Source: a virus
Lineage: Duplodnaviria; Caudoviricetes
IMG/VR virus record: IMGVR_UViG_3300035498_000356
Coordinates: 1 to 64,000 of that record
Direction: 5' to 3' (one strand)
Length of the DNA: 64,000 nt
The notes under the pieces are model-generated. The model had not been told where the DNA came from, searched no databases, and saw only the letters and a program-made list of their open reading frames with translations. Positions 10,401 to 23,712 of this stretch are shown here, piece by piece. Each line of letters begins with the position of its first letter. Positions within the stretch are counted from its first letter, which is position 1. The position numbers and the translations under genes were made by a program.

Positions 10401-11029
10401 TCCTTATTCACTTTAAAATTAACACCAATTGCTGCTGATACATCTTCTGCTTCTCTTTCTATATCGAATACTGCAACGCTATTAGAATCTATAACAACGC
10501 CTTCTATATCTTCGGATTGATTTAATAATACTTTAGAACAATTAACTGAAGAAATTGATAAAATAGTTATAGGATATTTTTCCACATTAAACCATGTTGC
10601 TGTTTTTGCATCAGTAGAAAAATCAACTGAAAATGTTTTGTATAAACTAGCATTTACAATATCATTTAGACTTGCGGCAACAACTTTATCAATTGAATCA
10701 ATCTATTCTTGCAAATTTAATTCTAATTCAATTGAATTATCTGTTAATACCTAAACTAATTGATTAGTTGTTTGATTAGATTCTTTTAATGCTAAATATA
10801 ATTTAATTACTGCTTGACTTATGCTATCAGAAGAAGCTAATTCTGTATCAGATGTATTAGATAAGAGTTCGTCTAAATTATATAAAGTATCTAATCCAAA
10901 TATTTCTCCATTTACATAAATAGTACTATTTTCTTTTATAAATACTAATGCTGTAGATGGTATCTAGTCTTTAACCTATTGATAGGCTTTTAATGTTTTA
11001 AATAATAGAAATCTTTTAGTTAAATCCAT
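10397..11029 (-). CDS. Tail-fibre-associated hypothetical protein (210 aa, TAG-recoded)
   Basis: MDLTKRFLLFKT..ALVFIKENSTIYVNGEIFG; in frame with track ORF 10397-10585. Confidence 0.65.
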
Positions 11030-11031
11030 AA

Positions 11032-12246
11032 TCATTTAATATTAATAAAATCCTAAGGATCTTCAATTACAAGAATATCACCTCTATATTGAATTCGTGA
11101 TCCATCTCCACTAGAGTATCTATTATCATCTGCTGCAAATGAGAATATTCCTCCATCTAACATTGTACCATATCCACCGCATTTAATAATACTCCAATCA
11201 TCATATCCAACAGTAGCATAATCGTTATAAAAATAATTATAACTACCAGAACATTCAATAGGTATTAAATCTGCATATTCTCCGTATTTCATTCTAGAAA
11301 CACATCCATATTTATATATCTATTCCTAATCTTTTATAATTCCAAGTTTATCGTCAGTAACCATTCTGTATTTAACTGTTGGTATCTAAAATGGTTGTAC
11401 TCCATCATATATATAATATGTAATTACATTATCTTTGCAATAACTATTAATACCTCCAGTCCATTCCCAAATTGCTCCATATGGATCTTCAATACCAAAT
11501 ATATTTATATGATTTTCTGTAACACCATCTTGATTACCTAAGCTTTTAGTTTCACCACTTATAGCTGTTGCTGACTAATTGGTTTTAAATTTACTAAGTG
11601 CTTGTGGATTTTTAACATGATATTTAGTTAAAAACATGTATGCTATTTTGCATCTTGTTTCATAATCTATAATACTCCATCCATTCCCTATCTAAGAAGC
11701 TCCATAAGAAAAGTATTCCAATGTTCCAGTTTGCGGAACATTTCCATATTTACTATAAGCAACTTCTCCTTCACGATATGCTTTAGTTACTCCAACTAAT
11801 ACTCGTCTTGATTTATGCCCGATTTCATTAGATTGGCTGATGTGTAATTTAACCCAATCTTTTTCTCCTTGAACACAATCAATATTAAATTCTGGAAGAT
11901 CAACCATCCACTATCCCATGGAACCGTCTAATTTAGCTTCTGTGACCCCATCGTGGAATAGTTCTGAATTATTATCATCAAGATAACAAATTGCGACTTG
12001 ATTATTTCCATATTGTTTGGCTAAACATCTTCTTCCTTTAACCCATGAAATATCTTTCTCAATTACTGGAATTTCAGAATTTGCATTATTCCAATCATCA
12101 ATCAATAAAGTAGCATCACAGTGAGTAACAGGCTAATAAATTACTTCTTTAGTATCATCAATTGCAATTATGAAAGGCTCTTCTAAATTCTTAGTAGCTT
12201 CTAATACTTCGGATTTTGTATTTACTTTTGCTAAATGTTTTGACAT
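11032..12246 (-). CDS. C-type-lectin-fold (Mtd/FGE-like) receptor-binding protein (404 aa, TAG-recoded)
   Basis: Joins three track ORFs; FGIEDPYGAIWEW and C-terminal GG..GGIFSF..GSRIQYRG motifs typical of CLec-fold DGR targets. Confidence 0.75.
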
Positions 12247-12261
12247 ATAATTTAGTTTAAT

Positions 12262-12285
12262 TAGAGGGAAGAATTAACTTCCCTC
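12262..12285 (-). terminator. Intergenic hairpin/terminator
   Basis: agagggaag-aattaa-cttccctct inverted repeat. Confidence 0.45.
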
Positions 12286-12294
12286 TATATGTTA

Positions 12295-14649
12295 TTACTC
12301 TTCAGAACTCCAACCTAATGAAATTAATCCTGCTTGTAGTGTTTCTATCTATTTTTGTAAATCAGCAATAGTAGCTTCATTACTTTCTTTGGTAGAATAA
12401 TTTACCTCTTTCCAATTAGATTCATCTTCAAATTCATCATCGGATTCACCGATAAATTGCATTGTTTTCCAAATTGGATCATACTAATCTGTATTAATTC
12501 CAATTACAGTACCAGTTTTATATCCATAACTATTTGTCTTAAACTCTACCTTAGTTTCATCTGAGACTGTTCCTATTACAGATGTATTAGTTGATGTTAT
12601 AAATTTACCTTCAACAACAGTTGATTCATCACCTTCTGTTCCATAGAATTTAAAATAATTACCTGTATTTACTTGTTTCCAATCCGTAAGCGAATAACAT
12701 GTAACCATAGAATCCTTATCTGTCATAACATAAATTAGAACAGGTCTGTATAAATAAGTTATAATCTATCCTGGATTATTTATTGTTAAATTATAATCAT
12801 AACATTTTGATTCCAAATCTGATAATATACCAGTCAAACTTAAATAAGGCATTGATACTCCGCAGAATGCATTAACATTTATAAGTGATGTGGAATTTAC
12901 ATTATACTTAATCTTACTTACATCATCAACAGTATTTTGAGATGTATTGCTTAATGACGTTAATGTTGATTTATCACTAGCACTCATTAATCCAGCTGTA
13001 GACTTGGTAGCAGATGGGATTTCAATATTATAACTAGCAACTTTATCACTATCCCCAGACTAAATATACGAATAAGTTAATGTGCCTTTAGTCGAGTCTA
13101 AATTTGGTCCAGATATATTAGTTATAATTGCATTATAATCAGTATCTAATATTCCTGATAAAATTGGGAATAATATATTATTTCTATAAATGCATAATTT
13201 TTGTTCTCCTGACTCTAGAATTAAATTATAAATTCTATCCTATTTAGGATACCTTACTCCATCCGATTCGCTATACGAACCCCATCTTTCACAATTTGAC
13301 CAATGTATATAATATGTATCTTCATTAATAAGATTTCCGCTTGAATCTGTTTCCTATGCTAATAAAGCATAATTCATTGATGCATTTGTATATACTTTAA
13401 AATATTCACTATTTAAAGTATCTTTTATCGTTATGTTAGCTGGATTAATATTAATATAATTTATTTCTAATATTTCCTTAGTATCATCAGTTACTTCCTA
13501 TCTTACGGTATTAATTTTATCCCCGAGAGTAACAATATCAGAAGCATTTTTAGAAATATTATTAGTATTTGTTTGAATTAGTGAACGCTCATAAGTAGTA
13601 AGTTGTTTTAGCTGATTATTGTAAGCACTAAATTTATATACATTTATTAACGGATCTCCAGCTGAGTCTGAACCAGATAATCTGTATAACTAATTTGAAT
13701 AAGGTATTACATTTACAGGAGATGTTGATGATTCTGTATATCCCCAATATTTACAATTTGTCCATAATGGATAGTATTTATTATTATTCTTATATACAAA
13801 TTTATTAATTTTTGTATTAAAATATACACCATACCCAATTCCTGATACTGATTTATAACTAGAAGTAGTTTCTCCTGATTCCATTTCAGAAGCATTAATT
13901 GATACGAATCCAGCAAATGGAATCATTCCATTAGCTATTATATTATCAATATCATATCTATCAGCAACCCCCTAATCACCAGCATAAGCTGTAGTACTAG
14001 TTGTTCCTAAAGCTAAACTTTTACTAATTTCTGTATATTGCGAGCCTGTCCAACGATATGTTAATTTTGCACTAATATCTACATATATTTTTCCAGATTC
14101 TCCAGTTTTTGGAAATTGCGCAATAGTATCGTATTCAAGAACATCATCTACGTAAGAGGGAAGATACTATGATGATATTAATCCATTTTCATCAAGAGGA
14201 ACTGTATTATTTAATTTAGCCCAATCAGATTCTGACATGGTTCCTGTATCAATTTTCTTTTTATCTGATGCAGATAACACTCCAGCAGTTTCTTGAGTTG
14301 CTGAATTTATTTCTATGGACTTTTTCGTAAGAGCAAGTGTTTTTAAATTCCTTAATTCAGTTTCTACTTCTACTGTATCTGAATTGTAATTTATTGTAGC
14401 TAAAGATTCACTTGACTATTTTGCTAATACATTCAGATGTGTTAAATTACCAATAGTTGTTTTGTCTGTATTTGATAATAATCCATTATGAACAGAATCA
14501 GCTACAGGAATTAATTCATTATATGTTTTCCATGAACCATTTACATATTCATACTATGTACCATTAGATTTTATCCAAATATGATAATTAGTAGGAGGGG
14601 TTGTATCTCCTCTCCAAACTGATATATTTTTATTAATATTTTCTGTCAT
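12295..14649 (-). CDS. Tail fibre protein (784 aa, TAG-recoded)
   Basis: Joins track ORFs 13690, 12766 and 12484 in one frame; LPSYVDDVLEY..FPKTGESGKIYVD and repeated AG(L/V)(M/L)SASDK motifs typical of Bacteroidetes phage fibres. Confidence 0.75.
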
Positions 14650-14650
14650 T

Positions 14651-15514
14651 TTATATCGTTTCTATTTGATAAGTTAATGTTTCAGGATCTAAATACGAAT
14701 GAACTCTTCCATCCAATTCTCCATTTTCTATATCTCCACTTATACTGTCGTAACCATATGATATTCCTTTCTTTATATCAACATTTGATAACTTACCATA
14801 AAATACATTAACTACATTATTTTTTATAGTTACATTACTAACTGATTTCTTAAATATAAGCATTCCAGAAGCATCATCTATTGTTACATTATTAGCATTA
14901 TCTAAAAATATAGCTTTTATTAAACTTTCTGATGCTTTTTCCCCAATATGTACATTTATTGCATTTTTATTAAATGTATATACCGGACTAGTTATTTCTG
15001 TAAGTATATTTGTAAATCGCATATTTTTAAAATCGTAATATGCACTGTTTCCGTTTTCATCCTACATATAAGTTATTTTGCCTTTTGTAGGAATGTCTGT
15101 ATTTTCTTGAGTTGGATCATATCTAACTATCCATTTTGTTGAATTTGCATCAGAATCAGATAAAATAACAACATTCTAATCAATTTTACTTCTAGTTAAT
15201 GCGGTAGTAACTATTTGATATGTTTCTGATTTACACTCTTGTGTATAATCATAACTTCCATTATTGATTAAATCAGGATATGTTTGAAAATCCTTTATTA
15301 TATAAGTATGCCCAACAGCTAATTGAGAATTATCAATCAATTCTTTTAATTCAGAATATGTAACTGCAATTGCTTCAGTAGAGAATTTACTTAATTTTAG
15401 ATTTGAATAAATTTCTTCTAATTCAGAATCTGTATAATTTTTAAAGTAATCATCCTTTCTTACATATTCTTCTAAATCCTTGAAACATACATGTCTTGTA
15501 TCACAATTTTTCAT
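14651..15514 (-). CDS. Hypothetical structural protein (287 aa, TAG-recoded)
   Basis: Track ORFs 15176-15514 and 14651-15022 are in frame across TAGs; TYSELKELIDNSQLAVGHTYIIKDFQT motif. Confidence 0.7.
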
Positions 15515-15659
15515 TGATTAATTTCTAATATATAAATTTATTATTATCCTAAATCTCTAAGTAACAAATCATATTCAGAATATGTGAATAATCTTCTCTA
15601 TGCCCCTTTCGCAATCTTCTTATAAATTTAAGATATTCATCTATAATTTTATCTTCCAC
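15501..15659 (-). CDS. Small hypothetical protein (52 aa, GTG start, TAG-recoded)
   Basis: Fills the gap, overlapping both neighbours. Confidence 0.5.
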
Positions 15660-16377
15660 AGCCACATCCTTTTTGTTTTATACTTTCAATATCTTTACAT
15701 AAGCCATTACACCCTTCAACTTCTTCTAGCAGTCTCTAAGCTTCATTAAGTTGATCTCTTTTAATGTAATAACCTAATACATTTATTGTCATCCATACAA
15801 CATCTCTTCTAAATGTTAAATCTTCTGAAGTAGATTTCTTACATTTCAAAAGACTAGATTCAAATAGAGATTGACAGAGTTTTACATAGCATGTCCAAAG
15901 ATTTGCCAACATAAACATATCTTGACATGATATAAAATAATTAGGATCACAATAGTCTAATGTAAATATTTCTGGACTTACATCATTCCACTTCTTTCCA
16001 TTAAATTGTTGAATAGTATCTGTATCTTCATTATATGCAAATATATCAGAAAACTATTCATAATAATTATTATCAAATTTGTTATTAATACAATTTAATG
16101 TTGGAACTATTACTTGATATATAGTATAAAATCCATCTATATTAAAGATATGATGTAATTCATCTAAGTAAGAACAATGGTCTACTATAAAAGTTTCTAT
16201 TGAATTCTAACTCGAATCTATTTTATTAGATTGGATTATATATACAGTAGCTGTATCTTTATATTTATATTCTCTATAAGGCTAACTAGTCGCATTTTCA
16301 TCCAGATATTCTTTATATGATGTTCCAGTTATTAAGCAACTATTACCTTTCTACTAAATTTTGAAATGTGGATTCAT
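15649..16377 (-). CDS. Cys-rich structural protein downstream of portal (242 aa, TAG-recoded)
   Basis: Extends track ORF 15736-15918; ends CNGLCK..GCGCGR. Confidence 0.7.
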
Positions 16378-18548
16378 GAGCCTAATTGTCTTACTTTATC
16401 ATTATATGGATTTCCATCTGCTAACTACTAATACTCAATATTAGTACGTCTTGCAGTTTCATCAGCCATTTTATTTTTATAAGTTCTATCTGTCTAAGCA
16501 TTAAACCAATCAACTTTAAACTCTAACTACATCTTCTGTTGTTCAAGTTGTATTTTAGATTCATTGAGTTGTTCAATTTTATTCTATGCTTTTTGTAATT
16601 CTGATTGTAACTATTTTAATTGCTAACTAGCTTCTTCGTATTGTTGAGCTAACTTCTATAACTAATCATTTTTCTTTTCTTGTTTCTTTAAAGAAGCAGA
16701 TGCTTTAGTTTTAATCTCAGTTAAACTCTTGGAAGTCATTATATCAAGAATAATATCAGGAGAAACTAATCCAGATTTTGTTAATTCCGGAATAAGCTAT
16801 CGAACATATTCCAAATCTTTAAGAATATCTGTACTAGTTAATATTCTTACATCATAGTCAGTTGTAGTAAAATATTCTGGCTAAGCTGTAAATATTTTCT
16901 AATACTTATCTCCTAAAATAATTGTTCCTGTTAATCCATTCTTATAAACTTTCTTAGCTATATTTAAGCAATCTACTAATAATTCATTTATTACTAAATC
17001 CATTTGATGATAATATTGTTTAGTAATTATGAATGAATTATTAACACCTTGTTTGATATTACTTACAGCATCTCTTTGTTCAATTCCATTTAAACGTTCT
17101 CTAAATACTCCAGTGATAGATGAAACCGTTTCTTCTATAGATTGAATTGCAATTTGAATAGCTTGAACGGCTTGTGCTTTTAATGTATCATCATATCCAT
17201 TAAATATGGTATTTAAACTAGCTTGTTGATTTTCTAGTCTACCTGGTTGAGAACTATCAATTAAAGCAACTCCTCCTTTTTTATAAGCTAAGAATTTCTA
17301 AAGACGTTCTGGAACATCATGTCCTAAAACTTGTGGTAGTAATGAAATATCTACAAAATCTCCAGTTGTTCCACTACTTGCAATTAATCTATCTCTATAG
17401 AAATGCAATATGTTATATCTATCTTGCAATGCAGCACAAGCAAGGACCATAGAATAAGGTCTATTACCTCTATTTAAGAAATATACTCCGTTTACCGTTA
17501 ATGCACAATAATTAGGATTATCCTTACTTCTTATTACTTCTTCATCCTTACCTCTTAATATATAAATATCTTCTCCAATTCTTACTGAAGAATATCGTTG
17601 CATTACTAAATCAGAATCAACCTCAATCCACTCCACTTCATATACAGGAATGTATCCAGAATTAGGTCCTAATTCTCTTCTAGAGAATCCTGGAATAACA
17701 GCTTCCTATCCAGCAAGTAATCCAGTTGAACCTTTTACCTATCCTTTCATATAATAGGCTCCATTATCTTGAATATGATCCCAATGCTCTTTAATTGTTT
17801 CTCTATCTTTAGAACTCATCTCCTTGCCATATTGACTAAGAATTTCTTCTTTTGTAAGATATGATCTTACTACAATTCTTTGCGAATCTTTTACATAAGG
17901 AGAATTAATATTATATTCAGGAAATACATCTCTTGGATCTAATACTCGCACTGATACGTTAGTTCCTCCAGAAGTAGGCTATACTTTATAATAGTTCTAT
18001 CCAGCGATAAGAGTATCAGTAACTAGCATTCTAGATACAGTTGACATATCTATTGCTCTTGATTGCATTAAATATTCTATAACATTCTGAGCTGCAATCT
18101 CATATTCAGATACAAAAGAATTATTTATATCTTCAACTAATTCCTATAATTCCTATTCTATTAAAGGATCTTTAGTATCTTTGCCATCTAAGAAACTAAG
18201 AATAGAATTATTTAAACTCTTAGTAAGATATTTATGCATTTCTGAAGTTATCTTTAACTGCTTTTCTCTTTCTATATTTGAAATAGTTTCAGAATCTTTA
18301 CATTGAACTTTAGGCAATATTGGAGTTCCTAAATATTCTCCTACCAAAGCATCAATGTGTTTACGAATTAAAGGAATAAATTCTATAGATGTTGGATTAC
18401 CCAATCCAAAATTCTCTTCAAGATATTTGTATTGATTGGCATCCATTAATCCATTATAATAATTATATGCTTTCTATAAATCTTCCTTTTCGTATACTAA
18501 TTCAGATATAGCTTTGTCAGTTTTATCGATCAGCACATCTTTCGTCAC
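16374..18548 (-). CDS. Portal protein (724 aa, TAG-recoded)
   Basis: Joins track ORFs 18153, 17739 and 17298; PLIRKHIDALVGEYLG, SITGVFRERLNGIEQRDAV; typical position after terminase. Confidence 0.85.
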
Positions 18549-18834
18549 AGCATTTTTTATTTATTGGTTGACATTGAGCTTTATATACTAAATCAATACT
18601 CCAATAATCATTTGATGAAAAGTGACGATTATGAAGTTCTTGACGTAAGAACTTGATTAAATCATCACCTTTCTATTCAGTATATATTATCAAAGGATAA
18701 TCATTATTATGCAATCCAAATTTAATTAAATATCCTTCTCCTTTTTGTTCAACCTTTAATTTACCAATATATTCAGCATTATATATATCCCTCATAAGCT
18801 CGAGGATCAGTACTTCTAAGTCCTTCGGTTCCAT
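18523..18834 (-). CDS. Hypothetical protein between terminase and portal (103 aa, one TAG)
   Basis: MEPKDLEVLILELMRDIYNAEYIGKLKV... Confidence 0.65.
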
Positions 18835-21163
18835 TATACCAAGTTATTTGAATATTCTGATTATCCTACTTTGGGATTCTACCATAATGTTTTACACCAT
18901 TAGAATCTGTATAATAACCAATATCTTGCCATGTTTCTTCTATCTCATTATTCGCCATTTTAGGTACCCTTCCCATTAACTCTTCATCTGCCAATAATGC
19001 CATACCTAAAGCGGCTACAATATCGAACTTTCTTTTATTAGCATCAGTATAATTATTTAATTCATCAAGCACATCATCAAACCAAATTTCATCACAATAA
19101 TCTGTAACGAAATCAGCTATTAAATCAGTCTAATGAGCAATTATAGCTGCTGTAGCTGGAGTTCCATATTGTTTATTAGTATTTCTGTATTGTTCTGCTA
19201 GTGTAGCTCTAGGTCTACGCATAAACCATTTAGACTATTTTATTGATTTTGCCCACGAAAAGAAACTCATACGAGTTGCTTCTATATTAATAGTAGCATT
19301 GTAATACTATGCTAATTTTAGTGAAATTTTATATGCTTCTCTTACATCTTCAGGTCTATCTTTATATACAGCAACAATCTATGGAATATCAGTTCCATAG
19401 ACTCTTTTATAAACTACACAACAGAAATCAGAAGGATCTTTTGTTGTTTCAGAAGTCTACTAACTACCTATATCAATACCATCGACTCCTATTACATAAA
19501 GATTATCAATCTTTTCACTAGGAGGACTCCATATTATTTTGCCATCTGAATCTCGTTTAGAACTAAGTTCCCATAATGGCTATTCTAATACTTGTAATTT
19601 ACTATTGACATTAGGTATCCACCTAAACCCATTAATATTAGATTCTGAATGCTACCCTTCTTTATAATTATATTCTAAATATCCTCTCTATATCTAAGGA
19701 CCTATTTTTAATGCTCTTATTTTTGTAAGTTGTTCTGTAATAAGTATCTTATTAAATTTATTAATATTTCCAGCAGAAAATGCTTCCGCATCAGTTAATG
19801 GATACTCTGCACAATAATTCATTAATGCTTCAGGAGTATTAACCATTAATGCTCTTTGCTCTTCTTGCCAAGCTTTTACATCATCATAATCTACATATCC
19901 TCTATGTGATAAAAACCTATCACGATCTTTAGGTATTTTAGTACATGGAATAAAATAAGAAGTTAATACATATTCTCCAGTCTAGCTATAATTGTGTCTA
20001 AATGGCAAAATACCATAAGCTATTGGGTTATAGAACATATCCTTTAATCCTTCAAGAGCTTCTTTGGTGTCACCGCTAGTTCCACCAACTAATCTTATTC
20101 CCCAAGATTTACCAGGTGGTCCAATAAGTGCTGTACTCTTAATATATTCTTTAGCCAATCCTTTAAAAGAACCAGCTTCCTCAAACACTAATAAATCTGC
20201 ACGATAACCACGAATCTTATTTGGCTTATCTGCAACAATTCCTATTATTTGAGATTTAAATCCGACTTCTACTTTAGCACCATCTACCATTTTATAAACT
20301 GATGCTTTCTTGTGATCTTGTTTATCTATAACCTAACTCAACTTAAAGAAACCTCCTTGAGTATGGTCATTTAAAAATGATAAACAGTTCCATGCTTTTG
20401 ATAATGTAGTTGCTAAATGTCCAGCATTATAAGCTGCAACAATATTAACAGAATTAGGTACAGAATTATACGAATTAACTGAAATGGCAGAAAGTATTTC
20501 AGACCAACCAACTTCACGAGATTTCATAATACAAGCATTTAATCGTAATTGTCTACATAATTCTATATAATGGAATAGTTCATACTACCCTGCATAGAAA
20601 GCTGGAAATATATAGTTACGGCCACTACCTGCTTTATCTTTAATATCCAGGTCTAGTAACTAGAAGTAATTTAAAAAGAAATAATTATCTCCAGTTATTC
20701 TATATCCATGGGATTCCATTCCATTTATACATCTATAATATTCCTAATCCCAAAATTGATTAAATGCCTTACTACCGTATCTATATTCTGTATATTTACC
20801 TGTTCTTAAAAATACCTATCTAGCTTCTGTAAACCAGTCTGGGTCAAAATCTAATCCTTTAGTTTTAGAAATAGGTTTATATCCAGTTAATTCATAAGAA
20901 CAATCTGCATCAAAATAAGTTATCTTACTATCAATAGGAAAATCCCAATCAGAAACTATTTGAATTTTCCGTTCAGGTTCTTTTTCAATTACTTCTTTTT
21001 TAGGAATCTATTCAACAATAGTTTCCTAAACAGTTTCTTTGGGATTTAACTTAATAGTTTCTGCTTTTTTCTATTTTTCTTTAACTTCCTAAACGGAATC
21101 TTTTATTATTTTAGGAAGTGCTAATTTATTAGATTTTCCTTTCTTTTTCTTAGTTTCCGCCAT
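18779..21163 (-). CDS. terL: Terminase large subunit (794 aa, TAG-recoded)
   Basis: KSREVGWSE (Walker A-like), LVFEEAG (Walker B), GGTSG, YVIGVDGID nuclease motif, FDIVAA; three track ORFs in one frame. Confidence 0.9.
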
Positions 21164-21752
21164 TTAAGAAAGTTGGTATATATCCATCTGTATATCCTCC
21201 TCGCAATTGAGATTGTGATTCAATCTGTTTCTTAACCTAATTTTCAAGTTCAATCATTGTTTCATGAACTTCAGTAAGATTCTTCATTTCTGCTTGAATA
21301 TCTTTTACTTTATAAATAGGTTTACCTGTAGTTGGATCTACAGCTAATGGGTCAGTATATTTAAAATAATCTATAAATTTATCCACCATCATTTTAGCAG
21401 CATTCAATAATTGCATAGATTTATTAGATTCCTAAATCTATCTATACTTTCTACATGCTTCTCTAAAATCTGGGTCATTGAATTCTTTTTCAGTTAATTC
21501 TGAATCTCTAAGAGCTTCTTGATGTCGTTCCTACTCAGTATAGTCGGCATAGATTGATTTCCAATCTAATGCCAACCATATATAAGTAAATTCTCTGAAA
21601 GCTCTTAAACCTAATTCACCTGTAGGATCTTCTTTACATTTATTTCTATCATTATCCATTAACTTAGCAAACTCTTTAACCAATAATAATTCTGGTTTTA
21701 CTAACTAGAGTCTGTTGCTTACATTATCATATTGAAATACTTCAGGTGTCAT
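21150..21752 (-). CDS. Conserved crAss-like protein upstream of TerL, possible small terminase (200 aa, TAG-recoded)
   Basis: AFREFTYIWLALDWKSIY; position and overlap with terL. Confidence 0.55.
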
Positions 21753-21761
21753 ATTTTATTT

Positions 21762-22109
21762 TTATTTTTTAGTTTCTGCTTTAGCGCGTTCCCACATATC
21801 TCTATATTTCGGAAAATCTGTATCAACTCCTTTTGTTGATTCAACTGTACCTCTAGGAGTTGTTATATATATTGTTGAATCTCCATTTATAAAGTTTCTA
21901 TTTAAACGCATATTTGTATTCTGTGGATAAAATCCAGATATATTTCCAGTAGTATAATAATGAGGGTTAATTCTTTCTTTAATTATAGCTGGATTTAAAA
22001 GATTAGGATATTTTATATGACTTCCACCTCTATAATCAGATGTGTTCATAGTCATAGCTTTTAGTCCACCATCACCTTTCTTTACTTTTTTTTGACTGAA
22101 CCTCCGCAA
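21762..22109 (-). CDS. Hypothetical protein (115 aa)
   Basis: Track ORF; same strand and spacing as neighbours. Confidence 0.55.
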   Translation of the reverse strand: MRRFSQKKVKKGDGGLKAMTMNTSDYRGGSHIKYPNLLNPAIIKERINPHYYTTGNISGFYPQNTNMRLNRNFINGDSTIYITTPRGTVESTKGVDTDFPKYRDMWERAKAETKK

Positions 22110-22540
22110 GCTTTCTTATTTATCTTGCGTCCGCACTTAAAAGCATCAACTGGGTCAGAAGGGGCTTCTCCTCCTTGTTCCATCTTCTTTTGTTTAGCAA
22201 CACATTTCTTACAAACAGCTCCACCTTTTTTAAACATTCTCATTTCATATCCATCGGGACAAACTCCATTAAGATAATTAATATAATTAAGTTTAGCACC
22301 CAAACGTGCAAGTTGAGCTTGTGACTAATCAACTTCTTGTGACTGACTAGGAGCAGACTATTGTGCTGTTTGCTAAAGCTATTCTGCAATCTATTGAATT
22401 ATTTGATAAAGCTAAACAGCTTGTTGATTGCCTTGCTATGCTGCTTGAGCAATTTGTTGAATTTGTTGAGTTGCTTCTTGATTACCTTGCATTGCAGCCT
22501 AAACTAGACTTACAAGCTACTGTTGCATTTGTTCATCCAT
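22082..22540 (-). CDS. Gln-rich protein with C-terminal Cys cluster (152 aa, 9 TAG)
   Basis: MDEQMQQ*LVSLV*AAMQGNQEATQQIQQIAQAA*Q...; CPDG..CKKC. Confidence 0.75.
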
Positions 22541-22544
22541 ATTT

Positions 22545-22766
22545 TTAATCAATTATATTTAAGTCCTTAGTATTAAATACAGCTTCTTGTAATTCACCTG
22601 TAGTTGTAAACCATCTGCATCTAATACCTTTTAATATATTATTATCTTTAGTCTAGTTCTTAAACATAGACGTTTCTTTTTTTACTACAATCATTACTGG
22701 CTTATTAGGTATATCTTTATTTAAGGTAACTAAATCTCCAGCATTAAAATAAATTTTATCATCCAT
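22545..22766 (-). CDS. YodC/DUF2158-like small protein (73 aa, one TAG)
   Basis: GDLVTL...PVMIV...CRWFTTTGELQEAVF pattern. Confidence 0.55.
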
Positions 22767-23344
22767 CATTTCTTAAATCTTTCTTCTAGTCCTTCATTAA
22801 CTACTGCTATTACATTTTCTTCTTTTAGTGTCCATAATCCTTGCTTAAAGAAAGGAATTGGAGTAGGAAGATTTCTCATATAAAATACTGCATCTCCAGG
22901 TTGCAGAAACTTACAATCAGGTCCAACTTCTACTACTGTTGCTACAATAATATTTTGCTCACGTTCTTCAAACTGGCCTGTATTAGGATTAAATTCCGTA
23001 TTTGGATTCATCCCTCCAATATCAGTAATAATTCCATTTTCAATTTTAATTTGTTGAAATGGATTGTAAGCAAATGGTTTAACAATGATTCTATTATAAA
23101 GAGGTTTAATTTCAAATAAATTAGCATTTTCTTTTATAGACTCTTGATATTCTTCAATAGCCTTTTTCTGCTTTTCTAATTCCTCTTCGTGTTGTTTAAC
23201 TTCATCATTAAATTTGCGTTTCTTCTCATCCTGAATCATCTTATCAATACTCTGTTCATTCATATTAAAACGAGTATAATCACTATCATCGCCCATTATT
23301 TCATGAGCTAACTTTTCATCATTAGTTAAAGTAAGTCTATTCAT
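22766..23344 (-). CDS. GroES-like co-chaperonin domain protein
   Basis: IKPLYNRIIVKP, ATVVEVGPDC..LQPGDAVFY, EENVIAVV. Confidence 0.75.
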   Translation of the reverse strand: MNRLTLTNDEKLAHEIMGDDSDYTRFNMNEQSIDKMIQDEKKRKFNDEVKQHEEELEKQKKAIEEYQESIKENANLFEIKPLYNRIIVKPFAYNPFQQIKIENGIITDIGGMNPNTEFNPNTGQFEEREQNIIVATVVEVGPDCKFLQPGDAVFYMRNLPTPIPFFKQGLWTLKEENVIAVVNEGLEERFKK

Positions 23345-23357
23345 AAAACATTAAAAA

Positions 23358-23624
23358 TTACCATTTGTTAAGAGGACAATGTGCATCAGGCAATGTTGTC
23401 TTAGCCTAAATTCTACATCCACATCCTCGTTTATAACCATCTTTTGAGGTATCACTAACTTGATTTGTAATAGGATTTAAATATTTGTTATTATTACAAA
23501 TTCCTCCCATTTTATTTAAATATAGCTAACATGAATAGCATATTTTTAATCTTTGTTGTTTAATATCTTTATTCAAGCCTAATACCTCATTTATATGCCC
23601 CTAAATAATATTTCCTAGCTTCAT
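23358..23624 (-). CDS. Small Cys-rich (Zn-binding) protein (88 aa, TAG-recoded)
   Basis: RLKICYSC...GCGCRI*AKT...CPLNKW. Confidence 0.65.
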
Positions 23625-23712
23625 AATACTAAATTAAGTAAAGAGAATAGATAAAATAAAAGTAACGTGTGGTATAAGCTACATTTGAGCTTGAAAATAC
23701 CCTATTTATAAA

